Part shown: piece after piece, positions 1 through 9,437 of the stretch
Numbering within the stretch: the first letter of the stretch is position 1
Layout: the number at the start of each line of letters is the position of its first letter
DNA from: an uncultured Candidatus Saccharibacteria bacterium
Lineage (GTDB): Bacteria; Patescibacteriota; Minisyncoccia; Phycocordibacterales; UBA12445
Direction of reading: 5' to 3'
Length of the DNA: 64,000 bases
Assembly (NCBI GenBank): GCA_964531375.1
Contig: CAZHDO010000001.1
Coordinates: forward strand, 196,861 to 260,860
The notes under the pieces: generated by a model
Told to the model about the DNA's origin: nothing
What the model saw: the letters and a program-made list of their open reading frames with translations, nothing else
Databases searched by the model: none
Position numbers and translations under genes: made by a program

Positions 1-220
1 ATATGTGCATGAAATAAAGAGTCCGAGTAATAAAATATATTTTATTTTATTTTTCATTTAATAAAAATAAGTGCTAATAATAGATGTGTTTATAATTTTA
101 AATATTAACACAAATCCAGCGGTGAAAAAATATTTTATACACAGCGAAACATTAAAATAAAAAGGTCTAAATAATTGCAAAAAGACTTCTTTGTGTTAGA
201 ATCTTTTTGTTGATGAATTT

Positions 221-304
221 GCCGCGGTGGCGGAATTGGTAGACGCAATAGACTCAAAATCTATCGATCGCAAGGTCATGAGAGTTCGAGTCTCTCCCGC
301 GGCA
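221..304 (+). tRNA. tRNA-Leu(CAA), CCA not encoded
   Basis: Cloverleaf: acceptor GCCGCGG/CCGCGGC+A; D-arm GCGGAATTGGTAGACGC; anticodon arm ATAGA-CTCAAAA-TCTAT; long variable arm; T-arm GAGAG-TTCGAGT-CTCTC. Confidence 0.96.
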
Positions 305-352
305 CAAAACAACCACCTAAATGTGAAAACATTTAGGTGGTTTTGTTTTTGT
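305..352 (+). terminator. Intrinsic terminator-like hairpin after tRNA-Leu
   Basis: AACCACCTAAATGT-GAAA-ACATTTAGGTGGTT (14-bp stem) followed by a T-rich tract. Confidence 0.75.
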
Positions 353-355
353 AGT

Positions 356-464
356 CGCGGGAGAGACTCGAAAGACGGAAGCGGGCCCCTTGCTGAAAGC
401 AAGGGAGCTGAGTCAGGGTCGCGCAAAATTTGCTGAAGCAAATTTATGTGTGACCGAGTCTCTC
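356..464 (+). repeat. tRNA-trailer structured element, copy 1 (Leu-matched arms)
   Basis: 356-372 is the exact reverse complement of tRNA 285-301; 455-464 is a direct copy of tRNA 287-296. The core AGACGGAAGCGGGCCCC...GGGAGCTGAGTCAGGGTCGC...TGACC is homologous to 17308-17386(-) and more distantly to 15834-15942(-). Confidence 0.85.
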
Positions 465-600
465 TTTTTATAGTATAATTTTTTATTCTGTATTGATATT
501 TCCTCCTAGAACTCTTACCCCCATTTGTGCTAATATATCCCAATGTCTCATTTGTGAGACTTAATGATGTTTTGGCACTTTTATCTTATTTTTGCTGTAA

Positions 601-2172
601 GTGTCAAACCATAAAAATAAAATGCTTTCACCAAATATTAATATAGTTTTAAAGGGTTTGGGGTCGTACAAAGAGGGTGGTATATACGCAAGTAATAATG
701 AACCGATGGTAAGTGTAAACAATCTTACTGGTAAGGTCGGTACTCTTTATGAAAAAATGCGTTATCTTGTTGATTACAAGGAGGAGCATTCTATTAGGAG
801 AAATGCAATTGAGCGTATTCTTAAAAGGAATATTCTGATGGAAGATAATTCTGAAATTGGTCTTTCTTTGTTACGCGAACTGGTTAGTAGTGGATATTTG
901 CCTGACAAAAGTGTACCTGAGAGTGTTGCGGGTAAGATTCAATTGATTGCAAATAAATATCTTATTTTAGGAATTGCTTGTGGTATTGAGAAAAAACGAG
1001 TAGTTAGTTTAATGGCTAGTGAGATAGAGAGATTTCTTTTTCCGCAACTTATAAATGATTTGGTTCTGGATTGGTTTTATTCGACAATCTCTGTTGGTAT
1101 TAATTATTCCGAAAAGATTCCTGTTGAAGAGCTTAATATTCAAACTTATATAGCATGTAGGCATAGTTTTTTACAGGATGATCGAGAGACTTTGCTTTAT
1201 GCAGTCTTGATAAAAAATCTTCCAGAATTACCCAAGATTATAGATGAAACTGAAATAAAAAATATTGCATTAAGGTTTTCAGAAATATTAACCGCTTCAG
1301 AAAAGGATATTAAGGATCCATTAGCCTGGAAAATATCTTCAAAACTTAAAAATTACTCTGTCTATTTTTCTGTTTTAAAGGAGATTGTTGAGAAATATGG
1401 ATTAGTTTCAGAGTCTTTGTTTAATGATAAAGCTCGACTCGCAGAAGAAATTAAAAAAATATTAGAAGATAAATATAAGAGGCATGGAGATATTATTAGT
1501 AAGAGTGGTACAAGAGCCATTGAGTATATTTTATTAACAAAAATTGGCCTCGCTTTTTTATTAGAACTTCCATACGAAAAAATATTTCTTGCGTCCGTTG
1601 ATTATTTCGCCCTTGGTGTGAATGTAATTTTTCATCCACTTTTGCTTTTTCTAATGGTGAAGACAATTAGACCACCATCATTAGGTAATACAAGCTTAAT
1701 TGTTAGCGGTATTAACTCTATTGTTGAAAACGAAGATATAAAAACAATACACATCAAATCTTCGAGTGATGGTATTTTTATGCAAATTGTATTTGGTTTG
1801 CTTTATTTTGCGTTGTGTACGATAAGTTTTGGTCTTATTTTTGGAATTCTTAAAACTCTTAATTTTAGTATAATAAGTATGTTTTTGTTCTTATTATTCT
1901 TGACGCTCGTAAGTTATTTTGGTTTTCGTATACGCCACAATGCCAGAAAGTGGATTATATATATTGAAGATGATCGAATTTTAACATTATTATGGAACTT
2001 TTTTACCTTTCCAATTATTAATGTGGGTAGGTGGTTAAGCAGAAAATTCTCATCAATAAATATCTTTGTTTTTGCATTAGATATTATTCTGGAGACCCCA
2101 TTTAAGCTTATTCTTAGTACATTTGATTCATTCATTTATTTCTTAAAAGAAAAAGGGGAAGATTCCTATTAA
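601..2172 (+). CDS. Hypothetical membrane protein (C-terminal TM helices); start may be ATG 622
   Basis: 523-aa ORF with a soluble N-terminal region and several hydrophobic segments in the last ~220 aa; no motif recognised. Confidence 0.8.
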   Translation: MSNHKNKMLSPNINIVLKGLGSYKEGGIYASNNEPMVSVNNLTGKVGTLYEKMRYLVDYKEEHSIRRNAIERILKRNILMEDNSEIGLSLLRELVSSGYLPDKSVPESVAGKIQLIANKYLILGIACGIEKKRVVSLMASEIERFLFPQLINDLVLDWFYSTISVGINYSEKIPVEELNIQTYIACRHSFLQDDRETLLYAVLIKNLPELPKIIDETEIKNIALRFSEILTASEKDIKDPLAWKISSKLKNYSVYFSVLKEIVEKYGLVSESLFNDKARLAEEIKKILEDKYKRHGDIISKSGTRAIEYILLTKIGLAFLLELPYEKIFLASVDYFALGVNVIFHPLLLFLMVKTIRPPSLGNTSLIVSGINSIVENEDIKTIHIKSSSDGIFMQIVFGLLYFALCTISFGLIFGILKTLNFSIISMFLFLLFLTLVSYFGFRIRHNARKWIIYIEDDRILTLLWNFFTFPIINVGRWLSRKFSSINIFVFALDIILETPFKLILSTFDSFIYFLKEKGEDSY

Positions 2173-2296
2173 TTTTTTTATTTTTAGAAGAATAATTTTT
2201 GTTTATAAATAACAAAAAACTGTTCCTCGTTTTTGTAAATTTTTTTTTGTGCTAGAATTAGTCTACAAAATTTAATAATTAAGTTTTAAATTACAC

Positions 2297-3289
2297 ATGG
2301 ACCCGCTTGAAAGTAAAAATAATATAAGTAATTCCATTTTCTGGATAGATACAGATAAAATAAAACCAAACCCTTTTCAGCCAAGAAGAGAGTTTGATGA
2401 TAAAACACTCCACGAACTTGCTGATTCAATTAAGCAGTACGGTATTCTTCAGCCTCTTGTCGCAACAAGAAAAGAGTATGAGAAAGAAGATGGTGGTTTG
2501 GGAGTTGAATATGAACTTATCTCAGGAGAGAGAAGATTGAGGGCATCAAAAATCGCAGGGTTACTTCAGGTTCCTGTCGTTATAAGAACAGGGGATCAGT
2601 CTGATACATTAAAGTTTGAATTGGCAATCATTGAGAATCTCCAAAGAGAAGATTTGAATGTTATTGACAGGGCGAAGGCTTTCCAACAGCTTGTAGAAAA
2701 GTTTAATTATAAACATGTTGAAATTGCAGCCAAGGTTGGCAAGAGTAGGGAGTATGTTTCTAATAGTATTAGAATATTGTCGCTTTGTCCTGAAATTCAA
2801 GATGCAATCATTGCTCGTAAAATAACAGAAGGTCATTGTAGGCCCCTTCTTATGCTTTGTGATAAGCCAGCAGAGCAGATAACCTTGTTTAAAGAGATAA
2901 TATATAAGAAGCTTACTGTTAGAGAGGCTGAGTCAATTTCAAGACATATTGCCACTGACAAGGTTAGGAAGAAAGAATACATTATCGATCCAGATATTTT
3001 AGATATGGAATCGAGGCTTACAGAAAAATTAGGAACTCGTGTTCATATAGAAAAAAGAGATTTTGGTGGAAAAGTTACGATAGATTTCTTTTCAAAAGAC
3101 GACTTGCGAAGTCTTCTCGATTTGGTGTCAAAGGGTAAAATTTCCATTCCAGCCGGCACTGCAGCGTCAATTGAAAACGCACTACAAACAACAGATTCTC
3201 TCTCTGGAGATGAGGCTCCTATTGACGACAGTACTCCTGAAGAATATGAAGACCCAGACCTGTACTCTATGAAAAATTTTAGTCTATAA
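2297..3289 (+). CDS. parB: ParB/Spo0J chromosome partitioning protein
   Basis: PNPFQPRREF, ELADSIKQYGILQP, ISGERRLRA, AIIENLQREDL motifs and HTH. Confidence 0.95.
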   Translation: MDPLESKNNISNSIFWIDTDKIKPNPFQPRREFDDKTLHELADSIKQYGILQPLVATRKEYEKEDGGLGVEYELISGERRLRASKIAGLLQVPVVIRTGDQSDTLKFELAIIENLQREDLNVIDRAKAFQQLVEKFNYKHVEIAAKVGKSREYVSNSIRILSLCPEIQDAIIARKITEGHCRPLLMLCDKPAEQITLFKEIIYKKLTVREAESISRHIATDKVRKKEYIIDPDILDMESRLTEKLGTRVHIEKRDFGGKVTIDFFSKDDLRSLLDLVSKGKISIPAGTAASIENALQTTDSLSGDEAPIDDSTPEEYEDPDLYSMKNFSL

Positions 3290-3291
3290 TT

Positions 3292-3324
3292 AAAAACATC
3301 GCTCTTGATTGAGCGATGTTTTTT
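3292..3324. terminator. Bidirectional terminator between convergent parB and rel
   Basis: AAAAACATCGCTC-TTGATT-GAGCGATGTTTTTT. Confidence 0.75.
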
Positions 3325-3331
3325 GAGTCTT

Positions 3332-4846
3332 TTATTTTTTGTCTTTTTTTCTGGCGTTCTCATTTGTTCCTGTTGCCATTTTTATGCGCTTTATTGCTTC
3401 GGTCGTTTTTGCAAATTCAAGCCACTTGTAGCTTGGAGTACTATTTTCTCTTGTGATTATATCTACAATGTCTCCATTTTTAAGAACAGTGTCGAAGGAG
3501 ACAAATTTGTTATTAACTTTCGCTCCGAAAGCGTGATTTCCGATATCTGAATGAATAATATAAGCAAAATCTATTGGACTTGCACCTTCTGGCAGCTCTA
3601 TAACATCTCCCTTGGGTGTAAAGACGAAAATCTGATCTGTAAAAAAGTCCGTCTTTAAATTATCTAAGAAATTTTCCGATTCATCTAGGTTTTTTTGCCA
3701 CTCAATTAGTCTATTTATCCACCTGATTTTTTTGGTCAAAACACCTCCGCTTTTTGGTTTTCCTTGTTCGTCGTAGGCAATGTGTGAAGTGATACCAAAT
3801 TCAGCCTCTTCGTGCATTTTCTCGCTTCTAATCTGTATCTCAACCATACCGCCGTCGCCAGTGAATATGACTGTGTGAATACTTTGATATCCGTTTGGTT
3901 TTGGTACGGCAATATAATCTTTAAGTTTATCAGGAAGTGGTCTCCATGTGTTGTGAATAATTCCAAGCACCCTGTAACAATCTTCTGTACTTGGGACAAT
4001 TATTCGCAGGGCCGAAATATCATAAACCTTGTCTATGTCCATATTGGAACGCAGGAGCTTTTTGTACAGGCTGTATATATGTTTTACCCTGAAGTCAGTT
4101 TTGAATTTTGTTATACCAGCCTTAACGAGCCGTTTGCAGAGAACCCTATTAATTTTGGATAATTTATTTGTGAATTCTTTTGATTTTGATTGAACCAGTT
4201 TTTGTGTTTGTTTGTATTCGTCGGGATATAAAAAGGGGAAAGAGTTATCTTCGAGCTTTCCTTTCATTTGGCCCATTCCAAGACGATTCGCTATTGGCGC
4301 GTATATTTCTATTGTTTCAAGAGCGATCCTTTTTGCGTTTTCCGGCTTAACATCATGTAAATTTTTCAGAGTTTCAACATTATTTAATCTATCTGCAAGT
4401 TTAATTAATAAAACTCTGATATCTTTTGCCGTTGCAATAAAAAGCTTACGGAGACTTTCCGCGTGCCTTTCAAGTCCATGATATTTAATTTTTCCTAGTT
4501 TAGTGACCCCTTCTACCATGAAGAAAATATCTTCACTAAAGTTTTTTACAATATCTTCTTTTGTCGTTTTGGTGTCTTCGAGCGTGTCGTGAAGTAGTCC
4601 AGCTGCGATCGTTTCCGTATCTGCTCTTAGTTTGGCCAGATTTTTAGCTGTGCTGACAAGGTGTACTAAATATGGTTCGCCAGATAGTCTTTTGTGTTCA
4701 TGATGAGCTTCTTTGGCAAAATCGTAAGCTTTTTGAATTAATTTATTATCTGAATCGTTTGGGTGTGCCATCAAGCCTAAAATATCCTGAACATCTTTTG
4801 AGCAGTCATAACATATGTTTATATTGTTGGAAATTTTTTCTTCCAT
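3332..4846 (-). CDS. rel: RelA/SpoT homologue (HD hydrolase + synthetase + TGS, no ACT domain)
   Basis: SGEPY, AGLLHDTLED, IKLADRL, YAPIANRLG, PKPNGYQSIH, EIQIRS, TGS motif VFTPKG; start set at ATG 4846, 6 nt after a TATAAT. Confidence 0.93.
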   Translation of the reverse strand: MEEKISNNINICYDCSKDVQDILGLMAHPNDSDNKLIQKAYDFAKEAHHEHKRLSGEPYLVHLVSTAKNLAKLRADTETIAAGLLHDTLEDTKTTKEDIVKNFSEDIFFMVEGVTKLGKIKYHGLERHAESLRKLFIATAKDIRVLLIKLADRLNNVETLKNLHDVKPENAKRIALETIEIYAPIANRLGMGQMKGKLEDNSFPFLYPDEYKQTQKLVQSKSKEFTNKLSKINRVLCKRLVKAGITKFKTDFRVKHIYSLYKKLLRSNMDIDKVYDISALRIIVPSTEDCYRVLGIIHNTWRPLPDKLKDYIAVPKPNGYQSIHTVIFTGDGGMVEIQIRSEKMHEEAEFGITSHIAYDEQGKPKSGGVLTKKIRWINRLIEWQKNLDESENFLDNLKTDFFTDQIFVFTPKGDVIELPEGASPIDFAYIIHSDIGNHAFGAKVNNKFVSFDTVLKNGDIVDIITRENSTPSYKWLEFAKTTEAIKRIKMATGTNENARKKDKK

Positions 4847-4916
4847 ATGTGAATTATACATTTTTTGATTTTAAAAATGTACTTGCTAATTAGTGTAAAT
4901 AGATATTGTTGTGATT

Positions 4917-7079
4917 TTATTTTTTTAGTCCAGGTCGGAAATTCTCACATTCTCTTTTGCTGCATCTTTCTGGGATGGTTTTTGTTCCCTCCATCATTAA
5001 GGAACCACACTTGTCGCAAATTCTTCCTGTTGGCTTTGCTTTCATTGCGAATTTACATTTTGGATAATTTGAACAGCTAAAGAATACCCCGAACCTACCT
5101 TTTCTTTCTGAGATTTCTCCTTCTTTGCATTCTGGACATTTTATTCCCGTACCTCTTGTGTCTTCAACTCCTTCTTCTTTTTTTATAAATTTACATTTAG
5201 GATAATTGTTGCAAGCTGTAAATTTTCCGAATTTACCCTCTCTTTCTACAAGCATTCCATCTTTGCATTCCGTGCATTTTTCTCCAGTTTCCTTTGGCCC
5301 CTCCATTATTTCACCTGTTATTTTCCTTGCACCAGTACATTCTGGAAATTTTTCACAACTCAGGAATTTTCCACTGCGTCCAAGTTTTATAACCATACCT
5401 GCTTCGCATAAAGGACACTTAATATCTTTATCTGCGTTTCCAAGTGTCGTTATTTTGTCTACCTTATCTTTTGCCTTAACCTCTTTTTTGAATGGAGTAT
5501 AAAAATCTCCTAAAACTTTTTCGTATACTTTTGTGCCGTTTGCAATTTCATCCAGATCTTCTTCCATTTGCGCTGTAAAAGTATCGCTTATTACATTTCC
5601 GAAATGTTCTTCAAGGAAGCTACTTACAACATCTCCGGTGTCTGTGGGTTTTAGAGATTTATTGTCTTTTTCAACGTAGTTTCTAGAAATAAGGGTTTGA
5701 ATGATTGCAGCATATGTACTTGGTCTACCAATTCCTCTTTTTTCAAGTTCTTTAACTAGGCCCGCTTCGGAATATCTAGCTGGTGGTTCTGTTTGTTTGC
5801 CCTCTGAATTTATGTCGACAATGTTTAATTTTTCGTCTTTTTGTAGTTCTGGCAAAAGAGTATCTTCTCCTTTGGAATAATCATCGCATAGTAACCAGCC
5901 TGGGGACACTAATCTTGAGCCATTTGTTCCGTATGGTTTAACTGTTTTGTCTCCTACTTCAGCAAGAACCTTTGTTCGAATGAATTCGGCGTCTGGCATT
6001 TGACTTGATACTGTTCTGCGCCAAATCAATTCATATAGCTTAGTTTCTTCTGGTTGCCCGGAAATAGTCTTCTTATCCATCTTTGTTGGCCTTATTGCTT
6101 CGTGTGCTTCCTGTGCGTTTTTAACTTTTGTTTTGTATTCTTTTGGGCTCCAGAATTTTTCTCCGTATTCTTTAGTTATAACATTTTTGATTCCAGATAA
6201 AGCTTCTTGGCTTAGGTTCGTGCTGTCTGTTCTCATGTATGATATATGACCAGCTTCGTAGAGTTTCTGTGCAACTTTCATTGTTCGCGAGGGGGAGAAG
6301 CCAAGGGCGGAGCTTGCTGTTTGTTGAATTGTTGAGGTTGTAAATGGAGCCCTGGCTTTTCTCGAATAATTACTTTCTTCGATACTAGAGATTCTTAAGT
6401 CTAATTTTTTAGAAATTTCAACAACCCTATTTGCTTCTTCCTCTGTCTTTGGTTCTTCTGAATATGTAAATTCAATAGAAATATTTTTTTCAGTTTTTGT
6501 GTCTGCTTTTATTACCCAGTATTTTTCTGGAATGAAAGCTCTTATCTCTCTTTCGCGCTCCATTATTATTCTAAGAGCAGGGGATTGAACTCGTCCTGCA
6601 GACAGGCCGTAACGAACCTTTTTCCAAATAAGACCAGAGAGGTCGTATCCAACAAGTCTATCTAATACACGTCTTGCTTCTTGTGCTTTTCTTAAATTTT
6701 GGTCGATTTCTCTTGGGTGCGTTACAGCCTCTTTCACGGCTCTTTCTGTAATCTCGTGGAAAGTAACTCTTTTTGGATTTTTAAGTTTTAATGCTTCAGC
6801 CACGTGCCACGCGATAGCTTCTCCTTCTCGATCGGGGTCGGTTGCGAGTAGTATTTCGTCAGCTTTTTTTGATAGCTCTTTAAGCTCGGAAACTACTTTT
6901 TCCTTTCCTTTTGAGATCTCATAACGAGGAATAAAACCGCCATCAATATCAATGGCTTCTTTGTTGCTTTTTGGTAAATCTCTAATGTGTCCGACACTTG
7001 CCTTAACTGTATATTTATTGTCTAGGTATTTAGAAATTGTTTTCGCTTTTGCTGGTGACTCAACAATTAATAGTTTCAT
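4917..7079 (-). CDS. topA: DNA topoisomerase I
   Basis: LLIVESPAKAKTI, ATDPDREGEAI, SAGRVQS, ISYMRTDS, GIGRPSTY, C-terminal C4 zinc ribbons. Confidence 0.97.
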   Translation of the reverse strand: MKLLIVESPAKAKTISKYLDNKYTVKASVGHIRDLPKSNKEAIDIDGGFIPRYEISKGKEKVVSELKELSKKADEILLATDPDREGEAIAWHVAEALKLKNPKRVTFHEITERAVKEAVTHPREIDQNLRKAQEARRVLDRLVGYDLSGLIWKKVRYGLSAGRVQSPALRIIMEREREIRAFIPEKYWVIKADTKTEKNISIEFTYSEEPKTEEEANRVVEISKKLDLRISSIEESNYSRKARAPFTTSTIQQTASSALGFSPSRTMKVAQKLYEAGHISYMRTDSTNLSQEALSGIKNVITKEYGEKFWSPKEYKTKVKNAQEAHEAIRPTKMDKKTISGQPEETKLYELIWRRTVSSQMPDAEFIRTKVLAEVGDKTVKPYGTNGSRLVSPGWLLCDDYSKGEDTLLPELQKDEKLNIVDINSEGKQTEPPARYSEAGLVKELEKRGIGRPSTYAAIIQTLISRNYVEKDNKSLKPTDTGDVVSSFLEEHFGNVISDTFTAQMEEDLDEIANGTKVYEKVLGDFYTPFKKEVKAKDKVDKITTLGNADKDIKCPLCEAGMVIKLGRSGKFLSCEKFPECTGARKITGEIMEGPKETGEKCTECKDGMLVEREGKFGKFTACNNYPKCKFIKKEEGVEDTRGTGIKCPECKEGEISERKGRFGVFFSCSNYPKCKFAMKAKPTGRICDKCGSLMMEGTKTIPERCSKRECENFRPGLKK

Positions 7080-7160
7080 ATTTGGCTAATAGTAATGTGT
7101 TTTTATAGATAATGTCAAATACCGCTTTTTAAAATCTAAATTTTAATCCAAAACAATATT

Positions 7161-8036
7161 TTATAAGTTGATTCTAATTTCACCAAGCGATTCAGTAATA
7201 AGTCCCTTAATCTCCATTATAGATAAGAGAGTGTTGGCTTCGCTTATCGGTAATTCTATTTTTCTAAGCAATTCGTCTCTGATTAGTGGTTCTGTGGTAA
7301 GGATTTTCAACACCATTTTCTCATTGTCAGAAAAATCATCACTTTCTAAATCTAAGCTTTTTTGCTTTGTTTCTGTATCTATTCCAAGTGATTTTAATAC
7401 TTCTTCTCCTGAAGATACCGGCGTTGCTCCTAGGTTTATGAGCTTATTAGATCCAACTGAATTAGGAGAAAAAATTGAACCAGGAATGACGAGAAGATCT
7501 CTATTGTATTCAGTCGCCAATCTAGCTGTTATTAATGTGCCAGATTTCTCCCCAGCCTCTATGACAAGTATGGCTTTTGAAAGACCGGCCATAATTCTGT
7601 TTCTTTGTGGAAAAGTATACAGAGTTGCAGTTTGGTCTAGGTCGAATTCAGAAAGAAGAGCTCCGTCTTTTTCGATTATTTCATCTGCGAGTTTTCTGTT
7701 TAAGGACGGATACAAAACTTTTCTATCTAGTCCTGAGCCGGGAACTGCGACTGTTTTTAGACCAACTTCCATTGCTTTTTTATGCGCGATTGTATCAATG
7801 CCGTAAGCTAAACCTGAAACAATTACTATATTTTGGCCCGCAAGTTCGGAGATAATTTTTTCACAAGCATCTTTTCCATAGTTAGAACATTTTCTGGAAC
7901 CGACTACTGTTAGAAAAATGTAATCATCTAGGCTTGGAAGTGTGCCTTCTGTAAAAAGTTGTTTTGGTGGTTGTGGTATTTCGAGAAGTGGTTTAGGAAA
8001 ATTTTCAGGTAGAATTTTATTGAAAATATTTTTCAT
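7161..8036 (-). CDS. dprA: DNA-processing protein DprA
   Basis: VVGSR, IVSGLAYGIDTIAH, FPQRNRIMAG, VIEAGEKSGTLITA; adjacent to topA. Confidence 0.95.
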   Translation of the reverse strand: MKNIFNKILPENFPKPLLEIPQPPKQLFTEGTLPSLDDYIFLTVVGSRKCSNYGKDACEKIISELAGQNIVIVSGLAYGIDTIAHKKAMEVGLKTVAVPGSGLDRKVLYPSLNRKLADEIIEKDGALLSEFDLDQTATLYTFPQRNRIMAGLSKAILVIEAGEKSGTLITARLATEYNRDLLVIPGSIFSPNSVGSNKLINLGATPVSSGEEVLKSLGIDTETKQKSLDLESDDFSDNEKMVLKILTTEPLIRDELLRKIELPISEANTLLSIMEIKGLITESLGEIRINL

Positions 8037-8085
8037 TTAATTGAAATACTATCATTTTTTTCACTTTTTTGATAATATTTATTTT

Positions 8086-9357
8086 ATGTTAGACATTAAA
8101 TTTATAAAAGAAAACGCAGAGGTAATAAGGGACGCAGCAAGAAAAAAACATATTAATTTTAAGGTAGAAGATCTTCTTTCTGTCGAGAACGATCGATCTT
8201 TTCTTATAAAAGAGGTTGAGGAAATGAGGGGCAAACAGAATCAGATGAATGCGAAGATCAGTTCCACAACCGATATGAAAACTAGAAATGATTACATTTA
8301 CGAGATGAAGAATCTTAAAGACGAACTTCAGGTTAAGGAAGCAAGACTTGATGAAATAATGAAGAAGTGGCGAGCCCTTATGGTTCAAGTTCCGAACGTT
8401 CCGGATATGTCTGTTCCAGAAGGTGCAAGCGATGCAGAAAATCAGGAGTATAAATCATGGGGAGAAATTCCTAAATTTAATTTTACTCCAAAGAACCATT
8501 TCGACTTGATGAAAGATTTAGATATTGCAGATCTTGATAGGGGGACTAAGGTTTCAGGTTTTCGAGGTTATTTCTTGAAAAATGACGGATTTCTTCTTTC
8601 AATGGCTCTTTGGCAATTCTGCATTAATCTACTCGCTCAGAAAGGTTACAAACCTCTACTCGTACCTTCTTTAGTTAAAAAAGAATCTTTCTTCGGTTCT
8701 GGTTATTTGCCACAAGGAGAAGAAGATTTATATAAAACCCAGGACGCAGATTATCTCGCCGGCACCGCTGAGGTGGGGACAATGGGTTATCATATGGATG
8801 AGGTTATTGCAAAAGAAGAGTTACCAAAATTATTTGTTTCTTTTTCCCCGTGCTTTAGGAGAGAGGCTGGAAGTCATGGTAAGGACACAAGGGGCTTAAT
8901 TAGACTTCATGAATTTTATAAAGTAGAGCAAGTTGTTTTGTGTGAGGCTAGTCATGGCGAGAGCGTAAAGTGGCATGAAGCTTTACGTGAAAACGCAGAA
9001 GAGATAATGCAAAAATTGGGTATTCCTTACCGAGTTGTTGTGAATTGTGGTGGTGACTTGGGGCAGGGGCAGGTGAAGAAATATGATATCGAAGCTTGGG
9101 TGCCAAGTGAAAATAAATACAGAGAGACACATTCAATTTCTTATTTCCACGATTTCCAAACAAGAAGATTAAATACAAGGTACAAGGATGCAGAAGGTAA
9201 AATGAAATTTGCTCACTCTTTAAATGGGACCGCGTTAGCTACTCCAAGAGCCGTTGTTGCTCTTATAGAGAATTTTCAAAATGAAGATGGCTCAATAAGA
9301 ATTCCAGAAGTACTCCAGCCATATATGGGCGGTAGGACTGTAATTAGAATGCAATAG
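8086..9357 (+). CDS. serS: Seryl-tRNA synthetase
   Basis: MLDIKFIKEN start, GTAEV, FRREAG, RLHEFYKVE, HSLNGTALATPR. Confidence 0.97.
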   Translation: MLDIKFIKENAEVIRDAARKKHINFKVEDLLSVENDRSFLIKEVEEMRGKQNQMNAKISSTTDMKTRNDYIYEMKNLKDELQVKEARLDEIMKKWRALMVQVPNVPDMSVPEGASDAENQEYKSWGEIPKFNFTPKNHFDLMKDLDIADLDRGTKVSGFRGYFLKNDGFLLSMALWQFCINLLAQKGYKPLLVPSLVKKESFFGSGYLPQGEEDLYKTQDADYLAGTAEVGTMGYHMDEVIAKEELPKLFVSFSPCFRREAGSHGKDTRGLIRLHEFYKVEQVVLCEASHGESVKWHEALRENAEEIMQKLGIPYRVVVNCGGDLGQGQVKKYDIEAWVPSENKYRETHSISYFHDFQTRRLNTRYKDAEGKMKFAHSLNGTALATPRAVVALIENFQNEDGSIRIPEVLQPYMGGRTVIRMQ

Positions 9358-9368
9358 TAAAAAGATTT

Positions 9369-9398
9369 AAAAAAGGCCTTAGAAATAAGGTCTTTTTT
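9369..9398 (+). terminator. Terminator after serS
   Basis: AAAAAAGGCCTTA-GAAA-TAAGGTCTTTTTT. Confidence 0.65.
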
Positions 9399-9437
9399 AT
9401 ATTTTCAAATAATCTATTTATAATATAAAATATAAGT

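Noticed and set aside
1-200. Replication origin in the AT-rich start of the window
   Set aside because: Only one consensus DnaA box (135-143) is visible and there is no dnaA/dnaN; context is truncated.
356-464. tRNA intron or split tRNA interpretation of the trailer elements
   Set aside because: Both tRNAs are already complete and contiguous; the elements lie 3' of the discriminator base and are too short for group I/II introns.
196-543. ORFs 196..543(-) and 227..436(+)
   Set aside because: Shadow frames over tRNA-Leu and its GC-rich trailer element.
545-560. Palindrome GTCTCA-TTTG-TGAGAC upstream of ORF 601
   Set aside because: 6-bp arms, single occurrence noted, wrong spacing for parS; could be chance.
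7168-7806. 212-aa ORF antisense to dprA, and the many similar antisense ORFs over core genes
   Set aside because: Ser/Phe/Ile-rich mirror frames of well-supported genes.
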